A DNA stretch of 64,000 nucleotides from Trypanosoma brucei (Eukaryota): NCBI GenBank assembly GCA_000002445.1, contig AE017150.2, positions 736,001 through 800,000 on the forward strand, written 5' to 3'. The first letter of the stretch is position 1, and each line of letters starts with the position of its first letter. The notes under the pieces were generated by a model. It did not search any database and was not told the origin of the DNA. It saw nothing but the letters and a program-made list of their open reading frames with translations. The translations under genes and the position numbers were made by a program. Shown here in pieces: positions 41,988 through 52,938 of this stretch.

Positions 41988-44900
41988 TCAAAGTTGCACC
42001 CATTTGGGGTATGGAGTTTTCGTTTGATAATCCCTCACGGAGTCCTTCACCGACTTCACCTTACCCGTCTTCTTGTCCGTCTCCCACATATGGGCAGGAA
42101 GTAAACCTACAGTATTGCGATGCATGGCCACCTCAGGCCTGTTGAATTGCGGCATTGGATGATGTGAACGCACTTCCCAATATGTCCGAATCTTCTGCGC
42201 CTGCTTCCAAGGTGTAACACCATCAACGTACTGAAGTAAGTCACGGACTTCATTCTCAAAATGACGGATGTAACCGTGCGGAGAAGCCTTATAACGCCAG
42301 TAGCGATTTAAAGAGAAGAAGTAACTGGTGCCGATATTATCTTGACGAATCTGCTCAGCTATGAGAGGCTGATCAGCTTCCTGTATGGCAATCCACTCCC
42401 AAGGGGTATAGCGGGGTATGTAACCCATGCGGATATAATCCCGCCGATGAGAAATGCTTAATGGACGATAGTTGTCGGCACGAGCAGAGTCATATCGTGT
42501 CCATTTGTCGATCTCCGTAATTTGCTTCGTTGTGCGGTACTTGTCAGCAACAGTGTCAGCGTTCCGTTTCGGTTCGTACTTGTCAAGGAAGTGCTCCGTA
42601 TTACTTGTTTTCTCATTAAAGGGATCGGTAACGTCGACATAGCGCCGCATGGCCGCTGGATTGTACCGCCGCGACTCGTCACCAACAGTACGCTCGGGAC
42701 CATGGTAACGTCTCTGCCAGATCATCACATCTGAAATGGGAACCTCCATTATAGTGCCATCGCATTGAAACGCCACCTTTACGAGCCGTGGCTCAGGGTT
42801 AAAGAAGGGCTGATGGTGGTACTGAATAATCACCGCACGTTGTGGGCCACCAGCTATGCGTTGCTCAGCTGAACTACTAAAAATGGGACGCCGGGCGCGC
42901 ACTGGGAGCCCCTCCCGTAAGCCATCAGCATGCGTAGCGGGTGACCAGCCTTCCTGTCCGGAGGCGGTTTGTTCCTCCCATATCGAGTCCTGCGTTTCCA
43001 CGTAGTTGCCGCGGTTGTAAGCGTAGTTGGCGATGCCATAGTTGAGAGCGTGGTTGAGATTACGTGGGAAAGCTTCCAGTTCACAGCGATCAAAGTCCTC
43101 ACTGGTCATATCAATTTTTTCTCCCGAATCCAGCTGCACGGTGAGGGGTACGACACGTCTCTCGGAATTCGGGAGCAAGTTATACACCATCCCATCCACC
43201 TTAATAGTGGCGTTGGTTTTCATACGCACAGCCTCTATTTCCTGCTCATATGCTTTGGTCGATACAGTTAGCACTGCCCCTGTTTCTGTGTGTGAAAGGT
43301 CCACAACTGACGTTTCAAGCCCATGAGAAACAACGTGTCCGTACTGCTGGTGATCTGTCAACCAGCGACGCCGTTTCATAGCTCTTTCCCACTCACCCAA
43401 CTGGCGGGAGGTTTGCTCCTTCACATGCTGCTCATACATGGCGCGTTCCTCTGCAGAAAAGTGGCGGAGTACCTCTTGTGGCTGCTCGTGTGGAACAACC
43501 GGTTCCGGCGCCCTCCCAACAACGTGGTTCATAAAACCCCGCCCCACGCGGTTTTGATATGACTCAAGGAGAAGCAGTCGATTCAAGTACCGGCCGCTCA
43601 ACACATGCTCGCGTGTATCTGCAGTACCCATCTCGTCGGCTAGATGGTAGAGATGAAGGTTCACCGAAGCCGAACCTCCCAACACGGCGTTTACCACGGT
43701 AGGCGACGGCAGCATGTACACGCCGAACCAACTGCGCAGCGTCTCGACGCTCACTTTCATCTCGTCATCATTTACGTGCATCTCGCGCTCATCAAAGGGC
43801 GTCCGTTCACAGATTTCGTCCAACCTGTGTCGTCGTGTATCACGTTCCTGCGCAGTCTCATTAGCAACAGGTTCTAGCCCGTGGAGTAGGGCAAGCCTCC
43901 GTCGCTGCTGATGATGTTGCCGATAACGAGTAAACAATTCCCACTCAAGAAACTCAGGCCGTTGCTTCATGAGCGAAAACCCCTCGACATCGCGGTACAT
44001 GCGATTTAGACGCAGCGCTCGAAAGTTGGGAAATGGCTTAAAGTAGTCAAGCGGCCTTTCACCACGTGCGTTACGATGACGGAAGACAAATTCGTCAACG
44101 ATCTGTTGAATAGGAACACCATAATGGATAGTGTTACGCTCTGTTAGATCCTGTTCCCCCTTCGATAGCCGGTCCTCACGACGCATGATGTCAAATTTGT
44201 TTTGAAGAAGATGCCCTACGCCATTTTCAGTGCTCCGCCGTATGTAGGGGTTCCAATGCTCATCGGCAGGCGTCTTCCTATAAGCATTCTGCTGAAATAG
44301 CATAGCGTCCACAATTCTCTCATCGTTTATATGCTTCTTTAGAGTACGTTGATCCGGGCCGCCGTCCTGCACCAACGCCCCATGGCGTCCGAGACCAAAC
44401 CGTTGCGCCCGCTCCTCCTCCCGCTGTTGCTCTGCTGTTGTACGTGAAGCCCGCATGGTGTTAATGATTTGTTCGGTTAGTTGCTCTCCTATGGCAGGTC
44501 GGTCCACCACTGTGTTACGCGCATAGACCTTCTGGGCAACAGCGTCAACTAAAGGCGTGGCTGTAGCGGATGAACCACGCAACGTACGCTGAGCTTCCTC
44601 CATTGAAGATGGAACCACGTTGGGGGGAAGTTGCTGAGCGCCGTAAGGTGTACCTTTCTGCTGTGCAAGGAACCTGTCCATATCATAACCTTGAAAAGGG
44701 ATGCGGACTGTGCGCTGCAGGATAGTGAAATCATGTTTTTCCTTCTCTCGTAGACCGTGGGTAATGAGGAGATTTTCTGCGGTGAAACTGTCGTTAAGAA
44801 TCCTATCCTTGGTACGTTGCGCCTCGTCAAGTGCATCACGGTCCACCCCCGTTGTTAAGGGAAGCGGAGAATGTTGTTCTGCTATGGAGTAACGATCCGC

Positions 44901-45533
44901 CACTGCCTGCTGTTTGAGTGCGCTGCGGCTCGTGCCACCACTGTTATAAAGTTGTTGAATTGGATGAACACTTTCGCTCTCGTGTACGGTGTTGGCAACC
45001 TGGTATTCAGCAGCACGGCTACGAAGCAACTCCTCTCGTTCCTGTGCTGATGCTAGGCTCCGGAGGGAGGCACGGTGTTGAGTAAATTCTTCCCTCATGC
45101 GGTCCACGTCGTGATCCAACCAAACACGTCGGTGTGCAGCTTCTTCATATTCATACGGGCTCTGAATATGGGGATACGCCACCGCACCACCGTTGGCGAA
45201 ATTCCTTGGGGCATACTGCGGGCTGTAACCGCGAGTTACATCTCGGTAATAATCCTTATGAGCCTGTCCACCGAGTGGGTCCACCTCCCCGAAAAGCTCT
45301 CGTTGCATATGGGATGCCCAATCACCGGAAGAAGCGGGATTTTCCCCTGCAGTTGCACCGGGAGATGCGGTGGCATCACCATTCGCATTTTCAGAGCGCC
45401 TGACCGAAGAGAAATTAGAGGGTTTGGAATCACGAATGAATGTGTGAAGTCCCGACTGGTACCGCGCCGCACTGAAGGTCGCCCGTATATTCGGTGCAAG
45501 TCGTGCGCCATCGCATACTCGTCTCCGAATCAT
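41988..45533 (-). CDS. Large hypothetical protein of 1181 aa with an Arg/Ser/Ala-rich N-terminus, possibly organellar
   Basis: Seen in sequence: ATG verified at 45531-45533. The ORF is long and non-repetitive with uniform coding character. The N-terminus MIRRRVCDGARLAPNIRATFSAARY resembles a mitochondrial presequence; this is inference. I recognise no domain. Confidence 0.65.
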   Translation of the reverse strand: MIRRRVCDGARLAPNIRATFSAARYQSGLHTFIRDSKPSNFSSVRRSENANGDATASPGATAGENPASSGDWASHMQRELFGEVDPLGGQAHKDYYRDVTRGYSPQYAPRNFANGGAVAYPHIQSPYEYEEAAHRRVWLDHDVDRMREEFTQHRASLRSLASAQEREELLRSRAAEYQVANTVHESESVHPIQQLYNSGGTSRSALKQQAVADRYSIAEQHSPLPLTTGVDRDALDEAQRTKDRILNDSFTAENLLITHGLREKEKHDFTILQRTVRIPFQGYDMDRFLAQQKGTPYGAQQLPPNVVPSSMEEAQRTLRGSSATATPLVDAVAQKVYARNTVVDRPAIGEQLTEQIINTMRASRTTAEQQREEERAQRFGLGRHGALVQDGGPDQRTLKKHINDERIVDAMLFQQNAYRKTPADEHWNPYIRRSTENGVGHLLQNKFDIMRREDRLSKGEQDLTERNTIHYGVPIQQIVDEFVFRHRNARGERPLDYFKPFPNFRALRLNRMYRDVEGFSLMKQRPEFLEWELFTRYRQHHQQRRRLALLHGLEPVANETAQERDTRRHRLDEICERTPFDEREMHVNDDEMKVSVETLRSWFGVYMLPSPTVVNAVLGGSASVNLHLYHLADEMGTADTREHVLSGRYLNRLLLLESYQNRVGRGFMNHVVGRAPEPVVPHEQPQEVLRHFSAEERAMYEQHVKEQTSRQLGEWERAMKRRRWLTDHQQYGHVVSHGLETSVVDLSHTETGAVLTVSTKAYEQEIEAVRMKTNATIKVDGMVYNLLPNSERRVVPLTVQLDSGEKIDMTSEDFDRCELEAFPRNLNHALNYGIANYAYNRGNYVETQDSIWEEQTASGQEGWSPATHADGLREGLPVRARRPIFSSSAEQRIAGGPQRAVIIQYHHQPFFNPEPRLVKVAFQCDGTIMEVPISDVMIWQRRYHGPERTVGDESRRYNPAAMRRYVDVTDPFNEKTSNTEHFLDKYEPKRNADTVADKYRTTKQITEIDKWTRYDSARADNYRPLSISHRRDYIRMGYIPRYTPWEWIAIQEADQPLIAEQIRQDNIGTSYFFSLNRYWRYKASPHGYIRHFENEVRDLLQYVDGVTPWKQAQKIRTYWEVRSHHPMPQFNRPEVAMHRNTVGLLPAHMWETDKKTGKVKSVKDSVRDYQTKTPYPKWVQL

Positions 45534-47310
45534 CTCTCGGACCCGTCAGTAACAGTTATGGTTCGCAACCTCTTGAATATTTCTTCCTCTTGTTTTCCTT
45601 TTTCCTTCCCTCCACAATCCTGCCGCTACTTATTTAGCTGTCGACTCCACCAATGCGTTAAACTGCCGTACACAAAAATAAAGGCACACGATAATAATAA
45701 TAATAATAACAATAATAATGGAAATCCTCCTTCTTACCGCTATCCTTCTTCCAAATGCACGAATACCTCCTTCCCCCGTTTTGTACGAGCACAAGTGAGC
45801 GCAATTGCGTTTCTGAGCCGGTTACTACCTTTTCTCTACTTGAACTGCTTCTTTTAACCTGTTGAACCCACTCGTTTTTGACTGCGAAGGGTTGCCCCAG
45901 ACCTTTTGTCCTTTTTTTTAAAAAAACCCTTTCGGGTGTCTAATGTTTCTTTTAAAGTGTCAAGAAAAAAGTCAAAGTACGGCCCAGTCAGCACAAACTC
46001 ACCACCATCTGCAACCGCGTCATTAACAAAAGGAAAAGAAGATTATTTATTTTTTTTTTTTTAGAAGGAGGAGAAGAATACATCTCGTACATGTTACCAA
46101 AAATGATGCATAAATGGAGACGTGGTTTCAGTTTCGAACATAGAAGCAAGTGCATTTGCTCACAAGTTCAAATGACACACGGCAGTGAAGAGCAGGAGAG
46201 TAGAGAACAAATCCTTTTGTTTTATTTTTGTTGAAAAGAGTTTATCACAATTAAATAAAAAAAGACAAAAGGAAAATTGAGAAGGGAGGGATGGAGGGGA
46301 GGTGGAGGAAAAAAAAAAACAGTAAAGAAAGGTGTACAGAGAGAGAACAGTGAGAAAAAGAGAATATATGGTTCTGAAAATATACACAACTAATAGCTGT
46401 GTTCCTTTTCCCCCTCTTCCTCTTCCCTCATTCTATCCATTCCACCCACTTATTCTAACTTCAGCAACTCTTCCTCCTCATCCTCATCATCACCCTCTCT
46501 CGCATTCCACATTCCTTTTTCATTTGTTTCGCCTCCTAAAAGAAAAATGTCCCGATACCTTCCGCTACAGACACATATGCATGTATAAATAAATATACGT
46601 CTTCACGACAAAAATGGTAGAGTCAAATAGCAAAGCAAAAACGCAATGCGTTGCAAGTGTGTGCGATACGAGAGGAGAGGGAAAAAACAAAAAAAAACAC
46701 AGCCGAAAAGATAGGACAAATATATCAAAAATATATGCACAATAGGGTGCGAAGTCCCCCTTCCCTAACACTTCACACACGGGAAAAATGAGGATCCGTA
46801 TTTCCTTCCCTCTTAGGTATTTGTCCACTCATATATCCGTATAAATATATAAATATCCTTCGATATATGTGTCCTTTTTGTTAAGTCCGGTTACGTTCCT
46901 TTTTTTTTTCTCCATCTCTCTCTCTCTTCATCCCCGTGCCCATTCCGCCGATTCTCCACCACATATTCCCTTCTCGTTGACACGCACCTCATTTGTTTCC
47001 TCCACCAATAAGCAAACCAATGCTTTCACTACGCAACAACGCCACATTTGTTTCGCCGTTTATTTGCAGGGGAGAATGACCGCATTCCTACACTCCAAAA
47101 TCCTTCGAACGTCTACAATGGCGCTCCCAATGCCTTAAAGCCTAACGAATATTAACATATGCATACGTAAGTAAACACCCGCACATATCTTTTCAAGTAT
47201 CACAATGTCCTTCAAACAAGCAAATAAAAAAGCAAGTGAAGGAAAGGCGCAACCAACAATTGGGTAAGAGGAGAATCTCCAAATGCGCCCCTCTCTCTCC
47301 CTTCCCCCGC

Positions 47311-47323
47311 CACACACACACAC

Positions 47324-47359
<36 letters not shown>
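47311..47359. repeat. Compound microsatellite (AC)8 followed by (TA)15
   Basis: Seen in sequence: cacacacacacacacaaatatatatatatatatatatatatatatatatc, in the spacer between the 1181-aa gene and the TVP23 gene. Confidence 0.9.
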
Positions 47360-47361
<2 letters not shown>

Positions 47362-47513
47362 TTTACTGTTACGCCCCACTCACCCGCTTACATGCATTTC
47401 TTGCCACTCACATGCAGAATTATTCTGCAATATCATCTGATTCTCAACCCCCAACACAATCTCTCTTTTTTTTTCCCCCTCTCTCTTTTCGTCATCACTG
47501 TCCCCCCCCCCTT

Positions 47514-48188
47514 CTATACACGGCCAACGGCTTGAGAAACCATGTATTGTGTAATTTTCTTTTTGGCGTCCTGGCTACACTTCAGGAAACCAACCATATT
47601 AGATCCTGCAAGCACGGCGCCAAACAGAGCCATCGGAAGTCGTGACAGGGACATTAAGTTAAATAAGACAAGCAGCAACCATATAGCAACATAACCGACA
47701 GTCGTGGCCCAAAAGAACCACTTGTCAAAGGGATGAACGCATTGCTCAACATCGGGGGAACTTTCAAATACCCATTTGGAGGTGCCGTCCTCATGCACTT
47801 CATTCCACCAGCGAAGTGACACAAGGAGGCGACCACTGACATTTTTGGTCGTCCAGAAATCCGCCGCCACGAACAGAATCGTAATGACAAATATCAAAAT
47901 GGGGTTAGAGCTGAAGATACCACCCAGAATGAATGTAAGTAGTGCAACTATCTTGAAAAAGATATGAAAAAATGCTGCAATTGGGTGCACTCCCTTGTAA
48001 ACAGAGTCATTGACAGGTACCTGTTGCACTGGTTGCTGCATCCCTTGCGGTGGCACTTGCTGTTGAGAGCCCATGGGACTGTATTGCACGTAATTACTTG
48101 ATCCAAGTTGCGGCATGAATGGATCCTGCTGGCTTGGGTTATTTGACGGATACGGTTTACCAGCTTGAGGCTGCGAAGGCTCAAGCAT
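47514..48188 (-). CDS. Golgi apparatus membrane protein TVP23 / FAM18 family (DUF846)
   Basis: Seen in sequence: ATG verified at 48186-48188. HPIAAFFHIFFKIVALL … DFWTTKNVSGRLLVSLRWWNEVHEDGTSKWVFES matches, almost residue for residue, the family-defining TVP23 core (human TVP23B, from memory: HPVASFFHLFFRV … [34 protein letters not shown]). Four predicted TM segments are present. A Q/P-rich N-terminal extension of about 70 aa precedes the core. Confidence 0.88.
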   Translation of the reverse strand: MLEPSQPQAGKPYPSNNPSQQDPFMPQLGSSNYVQYSPMGSQQQVPPQGMQQPVQQVPVNDSVYKGVHPIAAFFHIFFKIVALLTFILGGIFSSNPILIFVITILFVAADFWTTKNVSGRLLVSLRWWNEVHEDGTSKWVFESSPDVEQCVHPFDKWFFWATTVGYVAIWLLLVLFNLMSLSRLPMALFGAVLAGSNMVGFLKCSQDAKKKITQYMVSQAVGRV

Positions 48189-48975
48189 AACGACTCCACG
48201 TGCCTCTTTTACCTAATGGTAGGCCTGAGAAACTGTTTTGCTGAACTCCTCTGTGATTGTACTTCTATATGATGCAAGAGAAACGCTGCTTACAATATAC
48301 ACAAGGAAGAGTTTCCTCAGCGACCTTTCCTCTTCTCCTCGTTTCAACTCTTCTAAATAAGTGTCGTGCAATGAAAGGCACAGTTATTTGACACTCAAGC
48401 AGGAACCCTCTATTATGAAGAATTAAGGATATGACATTTTCATTAAATGCCGAGAGATTATGGGGGAATAAAAAAAAAAGAGGAGAAAAGGGTGTACACA
48501 ACACAGTAGTGATAGCAGCAGTGGGCAAGATTCCCAATGCGAAAGGGTGAAAAATCATCGTCACAAAGCGACTCGGTACCCAAATAGACGTGCTGATGAA
48601 GTGAAATTAATAATATTTGTATTTCGACCAGCAGTTATTCGAAAACTATAATACAACAGGTATGTGAGCAACCACCGAAAGAAATAAGAAAAAAAAAACA
48701 ACAAACACAACTAATTAAACGAACACACATATCACACCAACACAACCATGTTACCTCCTTCTCAAGCTCTGAATGTCCTTCACTACCACTAACCACAAAA
48801 AAAAATGGTCAGTAGAGGCATCGTAATCACACGTCACATTGGGTAACACAAGTAATCTCACATAAATTCAGCATCCCGCGCATATGTTGCTGTTCCTACA
48901 CAAATATGAGCCATTTCTGTTGTTGTTGTTATTGTTGTTGTTTCTTCGTGGTCGTTAGTTGAAGCACAACTTCGC

Positions 48976-50109
48976 TCATGTGGTTAGTGGTAGTGAAGGA
49001 CATTCAGACTGCTGCTTCTCCTGCTGGTTTATTTCCTCTTCTTCTTCTTCTACCATCATGACTTCACACCCATCTACACTCTCTTCATCACTACCGCATG
49101 TTGCGCCTTCGACGCTACGCCACTCCTTATGGTCTCGACCAAATAAAACCACAGAAAATGCGTTAGAGTCCAAGCCCTCTAACGCAGCCTGAAGTGTACT
49201 GTCGATGCAAACGTCGCCAATAAATACAGGTCCATCGCATATAGGGCAATTCCACGAATTGCTTTGAAGAGATGCGCTAAGGTACGTCAGGAGGTCGAAG
49301 CAAGTTAAATGTGAGCAGTGGTTACCCCGACCCGCAATTTTCATTCGACCGTAACTAAGTGGACAGCGAAGGGTGACAACCGCCTCACCGTCCTGAACGC
49401 CGTTGTCGCCTGCGGTCCCATTTGGAAGGTTGGGCGCATCAGCGCTTTTACGACCATTCCTTCCGCCACTATTATGTGTATTATCGGCCTTATCGTCTAC
49501 CCATCCACTATCCACATCGATATCTGAATCCCCTGCGGCACTCTCAGCAGCACTTGCCGATGAAGAAGCCGAATCCCATTCATTTGCTTTGGCTGGTGTG
49601 GAAAGCGGTTCACGAAGAAGGCGAGCGATGGTGCGGTCAATTATTACTTCAGGTTCTATTACATTACACCATGCGAGGAGGAATGTTGCGGTCCATTTAC
49701 CGCGTCTCACGACAAGAATTTTAAGCTCTGCCTCAGCTGCGATACCGCCATCAGGACCCTTCGGAAGGAATGAAGAAAGTGGCATCCCCGCCAGTGTGCG
49801 GTGACTGGCACTTCGTGATGGGCATCGTGGGAATTCTGAAGTAATGAAGCGGTCATTCACCATGACGGTGAATTCCTGCTGATTTGTCTGAGGCCACCCA
49901 ATCGGTTGCGCAGGATCCCCAAGCTTACAAGGAAATAATACCAAATCCACTCGGTCACTAAAACTTGCTACGTTCCGTGCGGAAGACGGCGGTACGCCAA
50001 CTTTTTGCAGAACTATGCCATCACTGCCACCACTACTCGAAAGATCGAAACGCCTGACAAGGGAAAGTATGGGAAAACAAGGAGATTGCACGGAAATGGG
50101 TGGAAGCAT
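48976..50109 (-). CDS. SP-RING (MIZ-type) zinc-finger protein; PIAS/Siz-like candidate SUMO E3 ligase
   Basis: Seen in sequence: ATG verified at 50107-50109. The SP-RING signature is LRCPLSYGRMKIAGRGNHCSHLTCFDLLTYLSASLQSNSWNCPICDGPV, which has the C-x-H-x-C … C-P-x-C ligand pattern and the CFD/W-x-CP hallmarks. A PINIT-like region lies upstream (…EFTVMVNDRFITSEF…KILVVRRGKW…). An acidic tail is present. Confidence 0.8.
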   Translation of the reverse strand: MLPPISVQSPCFPILSLVRRFDLSSSGGSDGIVLQKVGVPPSSARNVASFSDRVDLVLFPCKLGDPAQPIGWPQTNQQEFTVMVNDRFITSEFPRCPSRSASHRTLAGMPLSSFLPKGPDGGIAAEAELKILVVRRGKWTATFLLAWCNVIEPEVIIDRTIARLLREPLSTPAKANEWDSASSSASAAESAAGDSDIDVDSGWVDDKADNTHNSGGRNGRKSADAPNLPNGTAGDNGVQDGEAVVTLRCPLSYGRMKIAGRGNHCSHLTCFDLLTYLSASLQSNSWNCPICDGPVFIGDVCIDSTLQAALEGLDSNAFSVVLFGRDHKEWRSVEGATCGSDEESVDGCEVMMVEEEEEEINQQEKQQSECPSLPLTT

Positions 50110-51611
50110 TTCACCACACCACTTACGTTACTTTTCAAACTTCTTACTGGATTCGACTCCCAGCCAGTTCTCGTTGGAAGTTTCAGTCTGTACAACTATT
50201 TATTTATTTATTTTTTCCTTTACTTTTTTTTCCGTTGGTGTGTTTTTTTCCGCACCACCCGCCTGCACCGCAGTAAACTAGAGGACAACACGCCTTGATA
50301 GGTTAAAGTTATTATTACCAAGAAAGGAAGGATAAGAAAAAATAAATAAATAAAAGAAACAAATAAACAAATGAACAAAAGAACCGAGGAACTGAAACAT
50401 CCAACCAAATAGAGTGACAAACCATGTGTTAGAGAGTAAAGTGGGACCCATCAAGGAAGGGACAGTAGTGAAGTGTAAATGAATGTTGTTACATACGCCC
50501 TCATATGGCAACCCTGCCAAAGAAAAAAAAAAGAAACAAAGAGAAAAACGACCTGAAACGGAGCCTGGACCAAAGAAAAAACAAATAAATAAATAAATAG
50601 GTACACACTATTCCTTTGGTAGCCGAACTATAACCCATAATCCGAAAGAATTGGAAACTGTGATGAAATGTGAGACGTGTCGAAAAGGAGGTAAAACAAA
50701 CAAACAAACAAACAACGCGTCCCCACCCTCCAAAAAAAAAAAAGACCACACTCACCAAACGGCCGACTTGTGCATGTATCTTCTATTACTGCTGCACTTA
50801 ACCTGAACTTATGTTCCATCTCAAACCTTTTTCACAACGCTTCTCCGCTCCGCACCATCTCCCAGTCTTTTTCATTCAGACTTTTTTTTTTCTCTCTCTT
50901 CCCCCTCTTCCCCCCTCCTCCCCTTCACAACCCTTCAAACATCCGCTTAAAGTTCCGACCAACCAAAACACAAACACACCTGCTCCACCCATCATCACCA
51001 TCTGATCACACACAAACGTGTATTCAACGATAAGGAAGAAACAATCAAACAAACAAACAAGAAAATAAACACTCGGGGAGGTAGAATCTTTTTCAATGGG
51101 GAAGTTCAAAAAAGGTCTTTGACTGCTCCACACAATAACGCTTATTTTAAAATATATAAAAAAAAAAACTTCGCTCACCGCACCCTGACAGCCATAGAGA
51201 AGTAAGGCGGAAACACAAAACGTACTTCTGCTTGCTTTTTCATACGCCAGTGGAGTTAGTGGGTAGAAAAGTGTTGAGGAAAAAAAGAAAAGTAAAGTAA
51301 AGTAAAGAAAAGTGTGAGGAGTATTAATGGAGGGATAATGAAGAAAGAAATGAATGAAGCGCAATACCAACGCAAACCCCACTCCAGAAATATATAATGG
51401 AGGAGCTGTCATATGCAAATCATTTACACCAGCAACATATGACAACACCACAGCAATTGCCTCTTGACACGCCCCACCACCGAAATGTATATATATATAT
51501 ATATATGCATATATGTTCCCCCTACACACACATACACATACACAGCAAAAAAAAAAAAGGCACATCACTATCACTTTCTCATCGTACATGCTGAAACATT
51601 CAAACCAAGCA

Positions 51612-52013
51612 CTAGCGGCGCTGTTCCTGCCTTCCACGCTGCCTTTGTATGAGTCCCACCATTCCGCAGTACAAAACCTCAAGTGCCTCCTGTTCGCAAT
51701 CGCCTCCGGCATAACGGCATTTCTCCAACTTTCTTCTTTCTTCTCGACATGTGGAAACTTCAGTAGCCGCCTTGAAGACCATCTTCTGTTTTTTTTCGTC
51801 CTCCAAACATCGGCGTGCAACTTCGCGGTACGGCTCACATTTTTTCATTCCGCGTCTGTGGATGCTTTGATCCACCCAACTACCATCACTTGCTTGTGGT
51901 ACAAAGTTTTGAACGCAAGCATCAATGTCATTCACTTCACCGGAACAAAACCGATCTGTCATCAATTTTGTCAGTAAAATTTGAAGGTTTTCATTGGTAG
52001 CCTCAGTCGACAT
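51612..52013 (-). CDS. Small CHCH-domain protein with four Cx9C motifs; candidate mitochondrial intermembrane-space protein
   Basis: Seen in sequence: CSGEVNDIDAC, CEPYREVARRC and CREERRKLEKC are exact C-x9-C spacings, and further Cys pairs are present. The ORF track start at 52073 is TTG and lies within a polypyrimidine tract. The first ATG (MSTEATNENL…) is at 52011-52013, giving 133 aa. Confidence 0.65.
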   Translation of the reverse strand: MSTEATNENLQILLTKLMTDRFCSGEVNDIDACVQNFVPQASDGSWVDQSIHRRGMKKCEPYREVARRCLEDEKKQKMVFKAATEVSTCREERRKLEKCRYAGGDCEQEALEVLYCGMVGLIQRQRGRQEQRR

Positions 52014-52874
52014 TCTCAGGGGAATTCGTCTTTCTTTTTTTTTTCCTTTTTCTTCTTCTTCTTCCTTTGCCAAAGTAAATTATTACCCTTATATGCTCCT
52101 TAATTTATATTTTAAAATCTTCTTTTTTTTTCGGCTGTTGTTATTTCTTCAAGTAAGTTTCCACAAACCTGCTCCCTCGACAGTATTTAAAAAAAATAAA
52201 ATAAAAACTGCCATTACGTTAAGTATATATATATACATATAATGAATAAATAAATAAATAAAAGACGAAACGAGTAAGTCACTAAGTGTTAATTCATGCA
52301 GTGAGAACAAATATTGTTGGACTTATATGTTTAAATGATATCAGTCCTGCAAAACAGACGCACACACACACAAAAAAAAAAAGTGCATATAAAAGTTTTT
52401 GTGCAAGTTTGCACACCGCCACTTTGATGTTTTTATTTCTTCTTATTTTGTTGTTGTTGTTGGTGCTGCTATTTGCTTTGGAGCTTAGTTGGCAGCATTT
52501 GTGCACTTTATTGCTTACATTTTTTTTTACTTTGTTTTGTATCGCCCCCCCCCCCTGTGAATTCGTCTGTCCCCCATCTTTTTTTTAATTTAAAAAAAAA
52601 TTAAGTAACGATAATATAATAACAAATAGAAAGTTTATGTTTATTGTAGTTGCTCTTCTACCACTGCGAATGGGCAAATCAACAACTTACTGCTCACGAC
52701 TTCGGGAGTCTGCGACGTGTTAAAGTCACAACAGCAGTTTACCTCCACCCCCTCCCCCCCTTTTTTTTTCTTTTTTAGAGAATGTCGCGAAGAGCGAACA
52801 CACAACAACAAAATTAAAAATAAAAGAAAGCAGGAAAGAAAAAAAAACAAAGAAAGACCAACATAACTACACAT

Positions 52875-52902
52875 TATATATATATATATATATATATATA
52901 TA
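52875..52902. repeat. (TA)14 microsatellite
   Basis: Seen in sequence: the run lies immediately downstream (on the minus strand) of the stop of the 52939..54729 gene. Confidence 0.9.
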
Positions 52903-52938
52903 CAACATATTTTTTTTTACACCACTGAAATGCTTCCC

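Noticed and set aside
50876-51838. A 320-aa minus-strand ORF spanning the spacer and overlapping the CHCH gene out of frame
   Set aside because: Its translation is dominated by microsatellite-derived and polypyrimidine-derived low complexity (CVCVCVC, IYAYIYIYI, FFFSSTLF). It overlaps the better-supported Cx9C ORF in another frame.
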